This document shows positions 21,421 through 31,975 of a DNA stretch of 64,000 nucleotides, one piece after another. The notes under the pieces were generated by a model that saw only the letters and a list, made by a program, of their open reading frames with translations, did no database searches and was not told the origin of the DNA. The DNA is from Candidatus Eremiobacteria bacterium. Its GTDB lineage: Bacteria; Vulcanimicrobiota; Vulcanimicrobiia; Vulcanimicrobiales; Vulcanimicrobiaceae. Location: the NCBI GenBank assembly GCA_963758295.1, contig CAVWUU010000001.1, positions 608,001-672,000 on the forward strand, written 5' to 3'. Within the stretch, counting starts at the first letter, position 1. Each line of letters begins with the position of its first letter. The translations under genes were made by a program, and so were the position numbers.

Positions 21421-24400
21421 TTGTACGTGAATTCACGCTTGATGTGCGCGGCACTCTCGGCTGCGTTGATGGGTGTGCTCGCCGCAGCGCCGGCTTTGGC
21501 GCAAGAGGCATCGCCGTCGCCGTCACCGTCTGCCAAGGCTTCGGTCTCTCCGTCGCCTTCGCCAACGCCCGGTCCGCCTTATGCCAACGCCAAGTGGCGC
21601 GAGATCGGTCCGGCAACGGCCGGCGGACGCGTCGCAGCGGTTGCCGGATCGGCTACCGATCCCAAACTGTACTACATCGGCTCGGGCGGCGGCGGAGTTT
21701 GGAAGTCCGCTAACGGCGGCCAAACGTGGGACGCGGTTTTTGCCGACCAAGCCGTTTCGGCGATCGGCGCGGTGACGATCGACCCGACGAACAACGATAT
21801 CGTCTGGGTTGGCACCGGCGAAGACAATCCGCGCAACGACGTGAGCTACGGCGACGGCGTGTATAAGACGACCGACGGCGGCAAAACTTGGACGAACGTC
21901 GGGCTTGCGGCCACCAAGCAGATTTCACGAATCCTCGTCGACCCGCGCAATCACAATCATGTGATCGTCGGCGCGCAAGGCGACTTGTTCAACGACTCGC
22001 AAGATCGCGGAGTCTACGTGACCGAAGACGGCGGCAAAACGTGGAGCAAGACGCTCTTCGCCGGTCCGCAGAGCGGCGTTTCGGACATGGCGATGGACAC
22101 GCAGGATCCGAACGTGATCTACGCCGGCCTTTGGCAGTTCCAGCGCCGTCCGTGGACGTTCACGAGCGGCGGTTCCGACGACGGATTGTACAAGTCGACC
22201 GACGGCGGCAAAACATGGACGAAACTCACCGGTCACGGACTGCCGACCGACACGACGGGACGTATTGGTCTCGCCGTTGCGCCGAGTGACGGCAATCGCG
22301 TGTACGCGCTGATCGAGTCGCAGCAGGGCATCCTGTGGCGCTCGAACGACGGCGGCAAAAACTGGGAGATGACGTCGAACGACACGCTCGTCGACCAGCG
22401 CCCGTTCTACTTTACCCACATCGCGGTCGATCCGAAAAATCCCGATCGTGTGTACGCGGTGTCGGAGATGACGTCGGTTTCAACCGACGGCGGCAAAAAG
22501 TTCAAGGCGATTGCCGATCAAGTTCACGTGGATTATCACGCGATCTGGATAGCGCCGAACGATCCAAACCGCGTGATCCTCGGTGAAGACGGCGGATATG
22601 CGCTTACGGTCGACGGCGGCCAGAACTTTTTCTTCTCGCAGAACCTGCCGATCGCGCAAGTCTACCGCGTGGGACTCTCCAACGAAAATCCCTATTGGGT
22701 CTGCGCCGGCTTGCAAGATAACAATGCGTGGTGCGCTCCGAACAACTCGCAAGATCCATCGGGCATTCAAAACAAAGCGTGGATCGCTTCGGCCGGCGGC
22801 GACGGCGAATGGGCCGTTCCCGATCCGATCGATCCGAATTACCTTTGGGCCGATTCGGAAAACGGCGTAATCACCGTCATCAACAAACAAACCAAAGACG
22901 GCTGGTTCATTCAGCCTTATCTGCAGCTCGCGGCTGAGGCGTACGACAATCGCCTGGCCAAAGTGCGTTGGAACTGGGAATCGCCGATTGCGTTCGCACC
23001 GTGGAACGGCCACATCGGCTGGATCGGCGGCAACGTGTTGTTCCAAACCGAAGATCGCGGGCTGCATTGGAAGATCATCAGCCCGGATCTAACGCGCAAC
23101 GTCAAAGCGCATCAGGCGCCTTCGGGCGGCCCGATTACACACGACGTTTCGGGCGCTGAAGAGATCGACACGATCCTCGACATCGAAGGCTCGTCGCTGC
23201 GTAAGGGCGAGATCTGGGTGGGTACCGACGATGGCCTGGTGCAGCTGACGCTCGACGGCGGCAAGCACTGGCGCAACGTTACCCCTCCGGGTGGCGCGGA
23301 ATTCGGGCGCTACGCGTCGATTTCGCCTTCACCGATTACCGATGGAACGGCGTACGCCGTTAACGACGGCCACTACACGGGCGACAACAAGCCATACGTG
23401 TTTGTAACGCACGACTACGGCAAACACTGGAGCAGCGTTACAAACGGTCTGCCGGCCGACGAGTGGGCGCGTGGCATTGCTGCCGACATCAAAAACCCGA
23501 GCATCGCGTATCTCGGTACCGAAGAAGGCATCTGGGTTACGTTTGACGGCGGCTCGAAATGGGAGAAGTTTAAGAATAACCTGCCGACGGTTTCCGTACA
23601 CGACCTGCGGATGCAGCGCCAGTTCGACGATCTCGTCATTGCGACGCACGGGCGTTCGGTTTACATCATGGACGACATGACGCCGATTCAAAAGCTGCAA
23701 ACCGCGACGGCACAGGGCACGTATATGTTCCCGATCCGCACCGCGTATCAGTACAACCAGCGTGGTGACGATGAAGGCACGTACACGAACTACGCGGCGG
23801 AAAATCCGCCGGGCGGCGTGATCGTCAACTACTATCAAAAGACGCCGGAGAAGACCGCGCCGAAACTCGACATTCTCGACGATCGCGGCCGCGTGATTCG
23901 TACGTATCAAGGAACGCATAAAGTCGGCGGTGAGGAAAAGCCCTGGATTCCGAACGAAACCGGTCTGAACCGGTTCGTGTGGGATTACACGACCCAAGGT
24001 CCCGTAAAGTGGACAGGCGCGGCCAAGGAATCGTATCAAGGTCCCAACGGAGGCCCAGGCGTTCCCCCGGGCAGCTACAGCGCGCGCTTGACGATCGGCA
24101 AGCATACCTTCCTGCAGCACTTCGTCGTGAAAGCCGATCCGCACACGCTTTACACGCAATCGCAATTGGTCGCTGCGTACGAGATCTCGAAGCGAGGTGA
24201 AGACCTCTTCTCGGAAGTCGACACGATGCTGAACAATCTGGACTCCGTACAAAAGGCCATCGATTCGGCAACTGCTGCCGCGAAGAAAGCCAATAACAAC
24301 GATGCAACCACGAAACTCGGCGCCGTTGTCGCGGCCAAGAAAGACCTGTTCAGTTTCTTGACGGCCGACTATCACAACGACGAAGACTCGATCCAACGTC

Positions 24401-24612
24401 CGGGCGCGCTGCGCGAGGATCTGCAAGGGCTGCAGTTCTTCGGTGGAACGGTCGTGACGCCGGCACTGCAAGAGTACTATAACCGCGTGCAAGCCGAGCT
24501 CCGTCAGGGTATCTCCAAGTATAACGACTTCGTTTCCAAACAAATGCCGGGGCTCAACGATACGCTCAAGGCGCTCAATGAAAAACCGGTGACCATCAGC
24601 CCCGTACACTAA
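21421..24612 (+). CDS. Secreted VPS10/sortilin-like BNR (Asp-box) beta-propeller protein (glycosyl-hydrolase-like)
   Basis: Signal peptide, WREIGP..GGRV, many S/T.DGG.TW Asp-boxes, ATHGRS. GGAGG precedes TTG 21421. Confidence 0.88.
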   Translation: MYVNSRLMCAALSAALMGVLAAAPALAQEASPSPSPSAKASVSPSPSPTPGPPYANAKWREIGPATAGGRVAAVAGSATDPKLYYIGSGGGGVWKSANGGQTWDAVFADQAVSAIGAVTIDPTNNDIVWVGTGEDNPRNDVSYGDGVYKTTDGGKTWTNVGLAATKQISRILVDPRNHNHVIVGAQGDLFNDSQDRGVYVTEDGGKTWSKTLFAGPQSGVSDMAMDTQDPNVIYAGLWQFQRRPWTFTSGGSDDGLYKSTDGGKTWTKLTGHGLPTDTTGRIGLAVAPSDGNRVYALIESQQGILWRSNDGGKNWEMTSNDTLVDQRPFYFTHIAVDPKNPDRVYAVSEMTSVSTDGGKKFKAIADQVHVDYHAIWIAPNDPNRVILGEDGGYALTVDGGQNFFFSQNLPIAQVYRVGLSNENPYWVCAGLQDNNAWCAPNNSQDPSGIQNKAWIASAGGDGEWAVPDPIDPNYLWADSENGVITVINKQTKDGWFIQPYLQLAAEAYDNRLAKVRWNWESPIAFAPWNGHIGWIGGNVLFQTEDRGLHWKIISPDLTRNVKAHQAPSGGPITHDVSGAEEIDTILDIEGSSLRKGEIWVGTDDGLVQLTLDGGKHWRNVTPPGGAEFGRYASISPSPITDGTAYAVNDGHYTGDNKPYVFVTHDYGKHWSSVTNGLPADEWARGIAADIKNPSIAYLGTEEGIWVTFDGGSKWEKFKNNLPTVSVHDLRMQRQFDDLVIATHGRSVYIMDDMTPIQKLQTATAQGTYMFPIRTAYQYNQRGDDEGTYTNYAAENPPGGVIVNYYQKTPEKTAPKLDILDDRGRVIRTYQGTHKVGGEEKPWIPNETGLNRFVWDYTTQGPVKWTGAAKESYQGPNGGPGVPPGSYSARLTIGKHTFLQHFVVKADPHTLYTQSQLVAAYEISKRGEDLFSEVDTMLNNLDSVQKAIDSATAAAKKANNNDATTKLGAVVAAKKDLFSFLTADYHNDEDSIQRPGALREDLQGLQFFGGTVVTPALQEYYNRVQAELRQGISKYNDFVSKQMPGLNDTLKALNEKPVTISPVH

Positions 24613-24639
24613 ATCATAGTCGTGGAGGACTAGACTTAA

Positions 24640-27600
24640 GTGAAACTACGCTCGCGCGCAGCGTGTCGTTTTAACGACGGCTGCGCTGCTGGCGCCTCTT
24701 GCTGCCTCGGCCGCGGAAGCGCCATATGCCAATCTCTCATGGCGGGAAATCGGTCCCGCACTCTCCGGCGGACGCATCGCCGGCGTTGCGGGAACCCCGC
24801 AAGACGACAAACTCTACTACGTTGCAACGGCCGGCGGCGGCGCGTGGAAGACTGAAAACGGCGGTGCTACGTGGGCGCCGGTTTTCGACGGACACGATGT
24901 CTCGGCAATGGGCGCCGTTGCAATCGATCCGAAGAACGAAAACGTCGTTTATCTCGGAACCGGCGAAAGCAATCCGCGTAACGACGTTAGCTACGGCGAC
25001 GGTCTGTACAAGACGACCGACGGCGGGAAGCATTGGGCCAATGTCGGCCTAGCAAAGACGCGTCACATTTCGCGGATCGCCATAGATCCGCAAGATCCAA
25101 ATCACGTCGTTGTCAGCGCGCAAGGCGACGTCTACGCCGATTCGCCCGATCGCGGCGTCTACGTGACGTTCGACGGCGGCAAGACATGGAGTCAATCGCT
25201 CTACGTCGGTCCGAAGAGCGGCGCAAGCGATGTTGCGATGGATCCGCGTGCATCCAAACGTCGTCTATACCGGCATCTGGGAATTCCGCCGGCAGCCTTG
25301 GACGTTCACGAGCGGCGGCCCGGACGACGGCTTGTATAAGTCGACCGACGGCGGCCGTCACTTCACGAAACTCAGCGGACATGGATTGCCCACGGGCGAT
25401 ACCGGACGCATTGGTCTGGCCGTATCGCAATCGAATCCGAATCGCGTTTATGCCCTAATCGAGGCCAAGGGCGGTATTCTGTGGCGCAGCGACGATGCGG
25501 GCGCTACTTGGAAGATGACAAGCGACGATACCCTCGTCGATCAGCGTCCGTTTTACTTTTCGCATATTAACGTCGATCCGAAAAATCCGAACCATGTGTT
25601 CGCCGTTTCGGAGATGCTCGCCGAAAGCACCGACGGCGGCAAGAAAGTTCAAAGAGGTCGCCGAGGGCGTTCACGTCGACTACCACGCGATGTGGATTGC
25701 GCCCAACGATCCGTCGCGCATGATCGTCGGGTGAAGACGGCGGTTACGCCATTACGCGGGACGCCGGCAAAAACTGGATGTTCTCACGCAATCTCGCCAT
25801 CGGCCAGATCTACCACGTCGGCCTTTCGAATGAGAATCCGTACACGGTGTGTGGCGGCTGGCAAGATAACAACGGCTTCTGCGGTCCGTCGAATTCGCTC
25901 GACAACGAAGGCATCAAGGACGAGCATTGGACCAACGTCATCGGAGGTGACGGCATGTGGGCCGTTCCCGATCCAATCGACCCAAACTTGATATGGACCG
26001 ACCTTCAGGACGGCCGCATTTCCATCTTCAATAAGAAGACGCAGAGCAGCCGCTTCATTCAGCCGTATCAAACGACGTCGCGAAAACACGTTCGACATCC
26101 GCAAGGCGCAGTACCGGTTCAACTGGGATTCGCCGATCGCGTTTGCGCCGTGGGATGGAAACACCGCGTGGTACGGCGGCAACGTCGTGTTCCAAACGAC
26201 GGATCACGGCGAGCACTGGACGCCGGTGAGCCCGGATCTCACGCGCAACATCAAGGCGCATCAAGCACCGGCGGGCGGACCGCTTGCGCTCGACGTTTCG
26301 GGTGCCGAGTACTCCGATACGATTTTGTACATCGAAGGCTCGACGCTGAACAAGGGCGAGATTTGGGTTGGAACGGACGACGGCCTCGTGCAGATGACGC
26401 GTGACGCCGGCGCGCATTGGTCGATCGTGACGCCGCCGGGCACGCCTGAACTCGCGCGCATGGAAGCCACGATTCCCTCACCAATCGTCGCGGGAACGGC
26501 GTATGCAACAGCCGACGATCATCGCTCCGGCAATTATGCGCCGTACGCGTTCGTAACGCACGACTACGGGAAAACGTGGACGAAGATCGTCAACGGCTTG
26601 CCGGCGAATCAGTACGTGCGTACGATTCGTCCCGACCCGCATAACGCGAACATCGTGTATGCAGGCACGGAGAACGGGCTTTTCATCTCGTTCAACGGCG
26701 GAGAGAACTGGGAGAATTTCCGGTTGAATCTTCCGCAGGTGTCCGTACGCGATATTCGCTTTCAGCCGCAGTTCGACGATATCGCGATTGCGACGCACGG
26801 GCGGGCGTTCTGGATATTAGACGACGCATCGTCTTTGCAGCAGCTGGATCAGGCGCAGCGCGCCGGCGTGATGCTTTTCAAGCCGCGCACGTCGTATCAA
26901 TACCACTACCACTCCAACGACGAAGGCGCGTACACGCGTTATGCGGGGACAAATCCGCCCAACGGCGCAATCGTCGATTTCTTCCAAGCAGCGCCGCAGA
27001 AGAGTGCACCGGTCGTGCAAATCCTCGACGCGAGCGGCAAGGTTATCCGCACCGTCAAAGGCTCACATAAAGTCAAAGGTAAGGAACAGCCGAACGTTTC
27101 GAACAAGGCCGGCATCAACCGCTTTGTTTGGGATTTTCACGAAGATGGGCCCACACAGTGGATGGGCGCGGCAAAGGAATCGTATCGCGGTCCACGGTTC
27201 GGCCCAATGGTCGTTCCCGGCACGTACACCGTGCGCATGACGCTCGACGGAAAGACGCTTTCCCAATCGTTCGACGTGAAGCCGGATCCGCGCGATAACT
27301 GGACGCAAGCCGACTATCAAACCGCCTACGAGTTCTCCAAGAAGTACAGCGTGGCGTACGGTAAGATCGACGAAGCGTTGAATAATCTGGATGCTTCGAA
27401 GAAGTCGCTCGCTGCAGCGGCGGCCTCTGCGAAGGGCGATGCGACGCTCGAAGCGGAAATCGCGAACGTTCAGGGCATGCGGGAGGCGGTGTTTGGCACG
27501 TTCACGGCCGACTACCACAACGACGAAGACTCGATCCAGCGTCCGGGACAACTGCGCGAGGATATGCCCAGAACGGGATTCGGGGCGGCTCAACCGCCGA

Positions 27601-27758
27601 CCGCGGAAACGCGGCGTTATGCCGGCGAATTCGATGCCGCTTATGCGGCGGCGTTCGCCAAGTATAACGATTTTGTGACGGCAGCTTCGAAATTGAATTC
27701 GGAGTTGCAGCGCAAAGGCATGAAACCGGTCGAGGGAGCAAAAACAATCGCACCATAG
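24640..27758 (+). CDS. Second VPS10/BNR beta-propeller paralogue, with about 5 frameshifts (probably sequence errors; pseudogene possible)
   Basis: Colinear with 21421-24612 across frame changes near 24660, 25250, 25650, 25730 and 26085. GGAGG precedes GTG 24640. Confidence 0.8.
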
Positions 27759-28924
27759 TGTGCGTATCTGAAAAACGTTCCTCGATCTTAGCGCGAAGCG
27801 GGTTCCTCGGAGCGGTGGGTGCTGCGGCACTCCCGCTCTTCGCGGAGCCCGCTCGCGCTTTAGAAGCCGTTCAGCGCGTCGCCGGCACCGGCGGCGCGGT
27901 ATTGCAGGTTCCGACGGGGCTTAGCGGCGCTAATTTACGAGCCGCGACCATTGCCGCGCAGTCGCCGCTCGTTCGTGCGCAAGCGGCAGCCGCGACCGCG
28001 CTTGCGCGTGAAATCGGTGATGCGCGATTGCGCGATGACGTGCTGGCGTTGCTTCACGATCCGCGGCCTCGATACGGGCAACGCTACGCCACGACGGAGT
28101 CGCGCCTGGCGCTACGAGACGCGATGGCTCGCGAAGGATTTGTCGCGGCGAACGCGCCGGTGGACGGACTCTTTCCGCCCATTGCATTAAACGGGCAAAC
28201 GCTGCCGTTTTGGGCGGCGCCCGGTTCGGAGACGACCGGGCATCACAATTATCCCGGCGGCCTTTGCGCGCATGAACTCTTCAACGCCCGTATGGGCGCG
28301 CAGTTCGCGCAAACCTACGACCGGCAGTACTTCGACGGCCGGCGCACGGTGAATCGCGACGTCGCCGTCGCCGCGGCGTTCTACCACGACATCATGAAGA
28401 CCATCGTGTTTCAGTATCGCGACGACGGATCGTTTCTTCCGGAACTTTCTATCGGCGCAACCGGTGGACATCACGTGCTTTCCGGCGCGGAAGCGATCGT
28501 TCGCGGCCGTGACGCGCGATTCGTAACCGTGCTGCTTTCCGCACACGCCGCGCCTTCGTTAGGCGATGAAGCGAAAGTCGTGCTATGGTGCCGCGCCGCA
28601 GCATTGATTGCAGGCGTAGACCCCGTCGAGTATGGGCTAGTAAAGAAGACCACGGACGGGTATGCGCTTGCGTCTTTGCCGCCCATTGAAGCGTTCGTCA
28701 ACCATCTGAGCGACCATGATTTCGTGCTCGCGATCCCGGCCGCAGAGCACGTTGACGAAGCGCTTGCGAGTGCCGCGCCACAATTTGGCGTCGACGCGCG
28801 TGACCCGGCGTCGCTCGCATGGTGGCGTTTGCGCGTGTGCTCTCGCGCCTCGAACATTTCGCTCTATCACGAGCTGACCCGCGGCAACGATGCGTTTATT
28901 TCCGCAGTGCGAAAAGTCTCTTGA
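27758..28924 (+). CDS. Putative exported HD-domain metal-dependent phosphohydrolase
   Basis: Tat-like N-terminus (ARSGFL...ARA). Motifs HHNYPGGLCAH, YHDIMK, GHH, LSAH and HLSDHD. Confidence 0.65.
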   Translation: MCVSEKRSSILARSGFLGAVGAAALPLFAEPARALEAVQRVAGTGGAVLQVPTGLSGANLRAATIAAQSPLVRAQAAAATALAREIGDARLRDDVLALLHDPRPRYGQRYATTESRLALRDAMAREGFVAANAPVDGLFPPIALNGQTLPFWAAPGSETTGHHNYPGGLCAHELFNARMGAQFAQTYDRQYFDGRRTVNRDVAVAAAFYHDIMKTIVFQYRDDGSFLPELSIGATGGHHVLSGAEAIVRGRDARFVTVLLSAHAAPSLGDEAKVVLWCRAAALIAGVDPVEYGLVKKTTDGYALASLPPIEAFVNHLSDHDFVLAIPAAEHVDEALASAAPQFGVDARDPASLAWWRLRVCSRASNISLYHELTRGNDAFISAVRKVS

Positions 28925-29693
28925 GAAACGCGTCGTGCTTGTACGAACTGCTCTTTCCGAAGTGAACGACGACCAGTTGTTGCGAAGGAACGACGTAGAG
29001 CGCTTGTCCGGCCGAGCCGCTCGCATAAAAAAGATCGGATGGCGCGCCGGCTGCGCCGAGCCACCAGCACAAGCCGTATCTGCCGTTCGCCTCGGAGCCC
29101 TCGAACGCTTCCGCATACTCGTTGCGGTGTTCCATGACATAGGTGCCGTACTTCAACCACTCGCGTGCCGTCAAGAAGGCACCGGTGGGCAGCGGATTGG
29201 TACCGTCGCTGAGGTCGCGCCATTTCGCGATCGCCACGCCGGCCGGTTCCAGCACGCGCTCGTGAAGAAACGCGTGCGGCGTAAGGTCTTTGTTTGCTAG
29301 CCGTTGCGCGAAGTAGCCGCCGAAGACTTGCAGCGGAATTCCGCTGTACGTGAACTTCTCGCCCGGGATCGTTTTCAGCGGCATCGCCATAGCGCGCTCG
29401 TAGCTTGGAACCGCACTGCCGAGCCCGCCGAAGCCGTAGCCGCCGGTCATGTTCAACAGCATGCGAACGGTCACGGTGTCCGTAACGATGTCATCCAGTT
29501 GTAGGAGCTTCTCGCGTTGTGCTTCGAGGGCGGCCACGCCCCAGAAACTCTTCGTTCCGCTATAGAGCGCGTGCGGCGCTTTTGCGGTGTGGCCGTTCGC
29601 ATAGGTTTCGAGTTCGACTTTGCCGTTTCGCTGAACGAGCAAAGCGTGGAGCTCGTGCTTGCCGGCATAGGCAAGTGCGTTTTCAAGGTCCAT
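28896..29693 (-). CDS. Serine hydrolase (beta-lactamase class C-like)
   Basis: SGTK (SxxK), TVRMLLNMTGG, PGEKFTYS, ASGSAGQ. ATG at 29693. Confidence 0.85.
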   Translation of the reverse strand: MDLENALAYAGKHELHALLVQRNGKVELETYANGHTAKAPHALYSGTKSFWGVAALEAQREKLLQLDDIVTDTVTVRMLLNMTGGYGFGGLGSAVPSYERAMAMPLKTIPGEKFTYSGIPLQVFGGYFAQRLANKDLTPHAFLHERVLEPAGVAIAKWRDLSDGTNPLPTGAFLTAREWLKYGTYVMEHRNEYAEAFEGSEANGRYGLCWWLGAAGAPSDLFYASGSAGQALYVVPSQQLVVVHFGKSSSYKHDAFLKRLFALRK

Positions 29694-29734
29694 CGGCTGC
29701 GAGATTCGGCTCTCGTTTGGGAAAGCGCTTTTCA

Positions 29735-30131
29735 AACGACGGCGTGGAGAGCGGCGACCGCGTTTGCGAGGAGCTTGATACCGCTCAGCGGCCGAGCGCC
29801 CGCCGGTTGAGCTCGATCGAGCCGTCACATTTGCGCCGGCGGAAGCATCGTTGCCGGCGCTCTCGTCGCTCCGCAAAGGAGGCGTGGTCGCAATCAACGC
29901 GATTCACCTGGATCGCATGGCCGGATTCGATTACGATTCGCTGTTTTGGGTGAGCGCCGGATTCGCAGTGTCACCAACATGACTGGTGAACACATGCGCG
30001 ATTTTTTGAACCTCGTGGCGTTCGCAGGTATCCGGGCACGCGCGCAGGAGTTCTCCTTGAGGGATGCGGCGGCTGCGCTTCAAGCAGTCCGCGAAGATCG
30101 CGTCGACGGCGCGGCGGTACTCGTGCCGTAG
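29735..30131 (+). pseudogene. Remnant of a zinc-dependent alcohol dehydrogenase (internally deleted, frameshifted)
   Basis: GDRV fragment, then LDRAVTFAP..LRKGGVVAINAIH..FDYDSL, a frameshift, and GERRIRSVTN...DGAAVLVP*. Confidence 0.7.
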
Positions 30132-30140
30132 GAGGTTTGC

Positions 30141-30578
30141 ATGAGCCGGGCATTTGTGAAAGATGACGACAGCGGCCCCGAGCCGGTTCTCGAACGGCCG
30201 GTGACCGACGCGCCCAATTATGTTACCCCGGAAGGGCTGGAGAAGCTCAAGCACGCGCTCGTGCAAGCCGAGGCGTCGAAAAACGACCGTGAAATTCGCT
30301 ACTATCGCGAACGCGTAGAAAGCGCAATTCTGATCGAATCGAAATCCAAAAAAGGAACCGTGTCGTTTGGGGCCACCGTTACGGCGCACGACAACCGCGG
30401 CCGGGCGATACGCGTTAAGATCGTCGGCGAAGACGAAGCCGATCCCGTGCACGGGTCGATCAGCCACGAGTCACCGGTAGCGCAAGCGCTTCTCGAGCAC
30501 TCCGCGGGCGATCGTGTCATCGTGCAACGTCCCGCCGGGCCGATCCAGTACACTATCGACTCGGTTTCATACGACTAG
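30141..30578 (+). CDS. GreA/GreB family factor (short MSRAFVK type)
   Basis: NYVTPEG, VSFGATV and IVGEDEAD..GSIS..SPVAQAL motifs. GGAGG RBS. Confidence 0.9.
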   Translation: MSRAFVKDDDSGPEPVLERPVTDAPNYVTPEGLEKLKHALVQAEASKNDREIRYYRERVESAILIESKSKKGTVSFGATVTAHDNRGRAIRVKIVGEDEADPVHGSISHESPVAQALLEHSAGDRVIVQRPAGPIQYTIDSVSYD

Positions 30579-30607
30579 GTGCAAGCCCCGCCGGACGGCG
30601 TTAGACT

Positions 30608-31045
30608 CTAGTGTTTCGGCACGCCCTGACGTGCTAGAAACTGATAGATCTGTCCGCGGAACGTGGCGCTTCCGGAAATAGCATCGCGCTCGATTTTTCC
30701 GTTGAACGTAAAGGTTCCGCCGATTGAAAAGTGGATGTTGTCGCCGTCTACTCCGCCGCTGATGGGAACGTTCACGCGATTTGAGAATGGCGCGTTTGGC
30801 TGGATGGACATGTCGCTATAGGAACCGCTGACGATCCCGTTGTTGAAATTCAAGACAATTCGTCCCGAAAACGGGATGTTGGCGCCAAAAAGTGGTTGGA
30901 AAGCCGCCACGTAATGGACATTTCGCGCGACGCCGGTCGTTTGGACGGCGTTCGCTTGCGGCATGGCGCCGAACGGCATCGCGATAAAGGCCGCGAGGAG
31001 AGCTGCTCGTACTACGATAGAAAGATGGGTGCGTTGTTTCATCAA
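30608..31045 (-). CDS. Hypothetical secreted beta-rich protein
   Basis: Signal peptide ending ANA. GGAGG RBS. Confidence 0.65.
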   Translation of the reverse strand: MMKQRTHLSIVVRAALLAAFIAMPFGAMPQANAVQTTGVARNVHYVAAFQPLFGANIPFSGRIVLNFNNGIVSGSYSDMSIQPNAPFSNRVNVPISGGVDGDNIHFSIGGTFTFNGKIERDAISGSATFRGQIYQFLARQGVPKH

Positions 31046-31072
31046 TCAACCTCCGTGGACACAAGTGTACCA

Positions 31073-31975
31073 ATGTTGACCCGAAAAATCATAGCCGTCG
31101 TGGGCTTGTTGGCGGTATTGGGGCTCTGCGCTTGGTACTTTCGTTCGTCGAACACGCGCCTTACGAGCGCACCGGTCCTCGCGCCGATCGCGCGTGAAAT
31201 CCAAGCAGCGACCGGCTTGCCGCGACCGGACCACGTCATCATCGTCATCGAGGAAAACAAGAGCTTTCGTCAGATCGTTGGGAACACGGAGCATGCGCCG
31301 TATCTCAATGCTCTGATTCCTCACGCAGCGGTCTTCACGAATTCCCACGGCGTTGCCCATCCGAGCCAGCCGAACTACATGGCACTCTTGAGCGGGGCAA
31401 CGAATACCGACGGGGATAGCTGCGACGTCGACGGCGTTACCCGCACGATTCCGAGCCTCGGCGGAGAGTTGCTCCGCGCTCACGATACGTTTACGGGTTA
31501 TGCCGAGGATCTGCCGTCAGACGGCTTTGCGGGCTGTTACTCGGGCCAGTACGCACGCAAGCACGCTCCGTGGACGCACTTCGACGATATCCCGTCGAAC
31601 GACAGCCGCCGGTTCTCGGAATTCCCCGCTTTCGACAAGCTTCCGACCGTCGCGTTCGTGATTCCGAATCTCCTTAACGACATGCACAGCGCGAGCATCG
31701 ACCGCGGCGATGCGTGGCTGAAAGCTAACATGGCGCCACTAATCGATTGGTCGCGCAAGCACAATACGCTCGTCATAATCACCTGGGACGAAGACAACGG
31801 CACCAGCGCAAATCATATCCCTACGTTCTTCATCGGGCAGATGGTTAAGCCGGGATCCTATAACGCCAACGTCTCGCACTACAACGTGCTCAGAACGATT
31901 GAAGATATGTATGGATTGCCGCATGCGGGACGCTCGGCGAACAATTCACCCGTTACGGGCGTTTGGGTTCGATAA
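31073..31975 (+). CDS. Phosphoesterase / acid phosphatase family protein
   Basis: HVIIVIEEN, HPSQPNY, YARKH.PW, NDMH and ITWDED motifs. Confidence 0.9.
   Translation: MLTRKIIAVVGLLAVLGLCAWYFRSSNTRLTSAPVLAPIAREIQAATGLPRPDHVIIVIEENKSFRQIVGNTEHAPYLNALIPHAAVFTNSHGVAHPSQPNYMALLSGATNTDGDSCDVDGVTRTIPSLGGELLRAHDTFTGYAEDLPSDGFAGCYSGQYARKHAPWTHFDDIPSNDSRRFSEFPAFDKLPTVAFVIPNLLNDMHSASIDRGDAWLKANMAPLIDWSRKHNTLVIITWDEDNGTSANHIPTFFIGQMVKPGSYNANVSHYNVLRTIEDMYGLPHAGRSANNSPVTGVWVR

Noticed and set aside
21509..21575. TCGCCG tandem repeats as a DNA repeat array
   Set aside because: They simply encode a Ser-Pro linker.
24640..26100. Programmed ribosomal frameshifting or phase variation in the second VPS10 gene
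   Set aside because: About five shifts with no consistent slippery or long homopolymer motif; sequencing error is more parsimonious.
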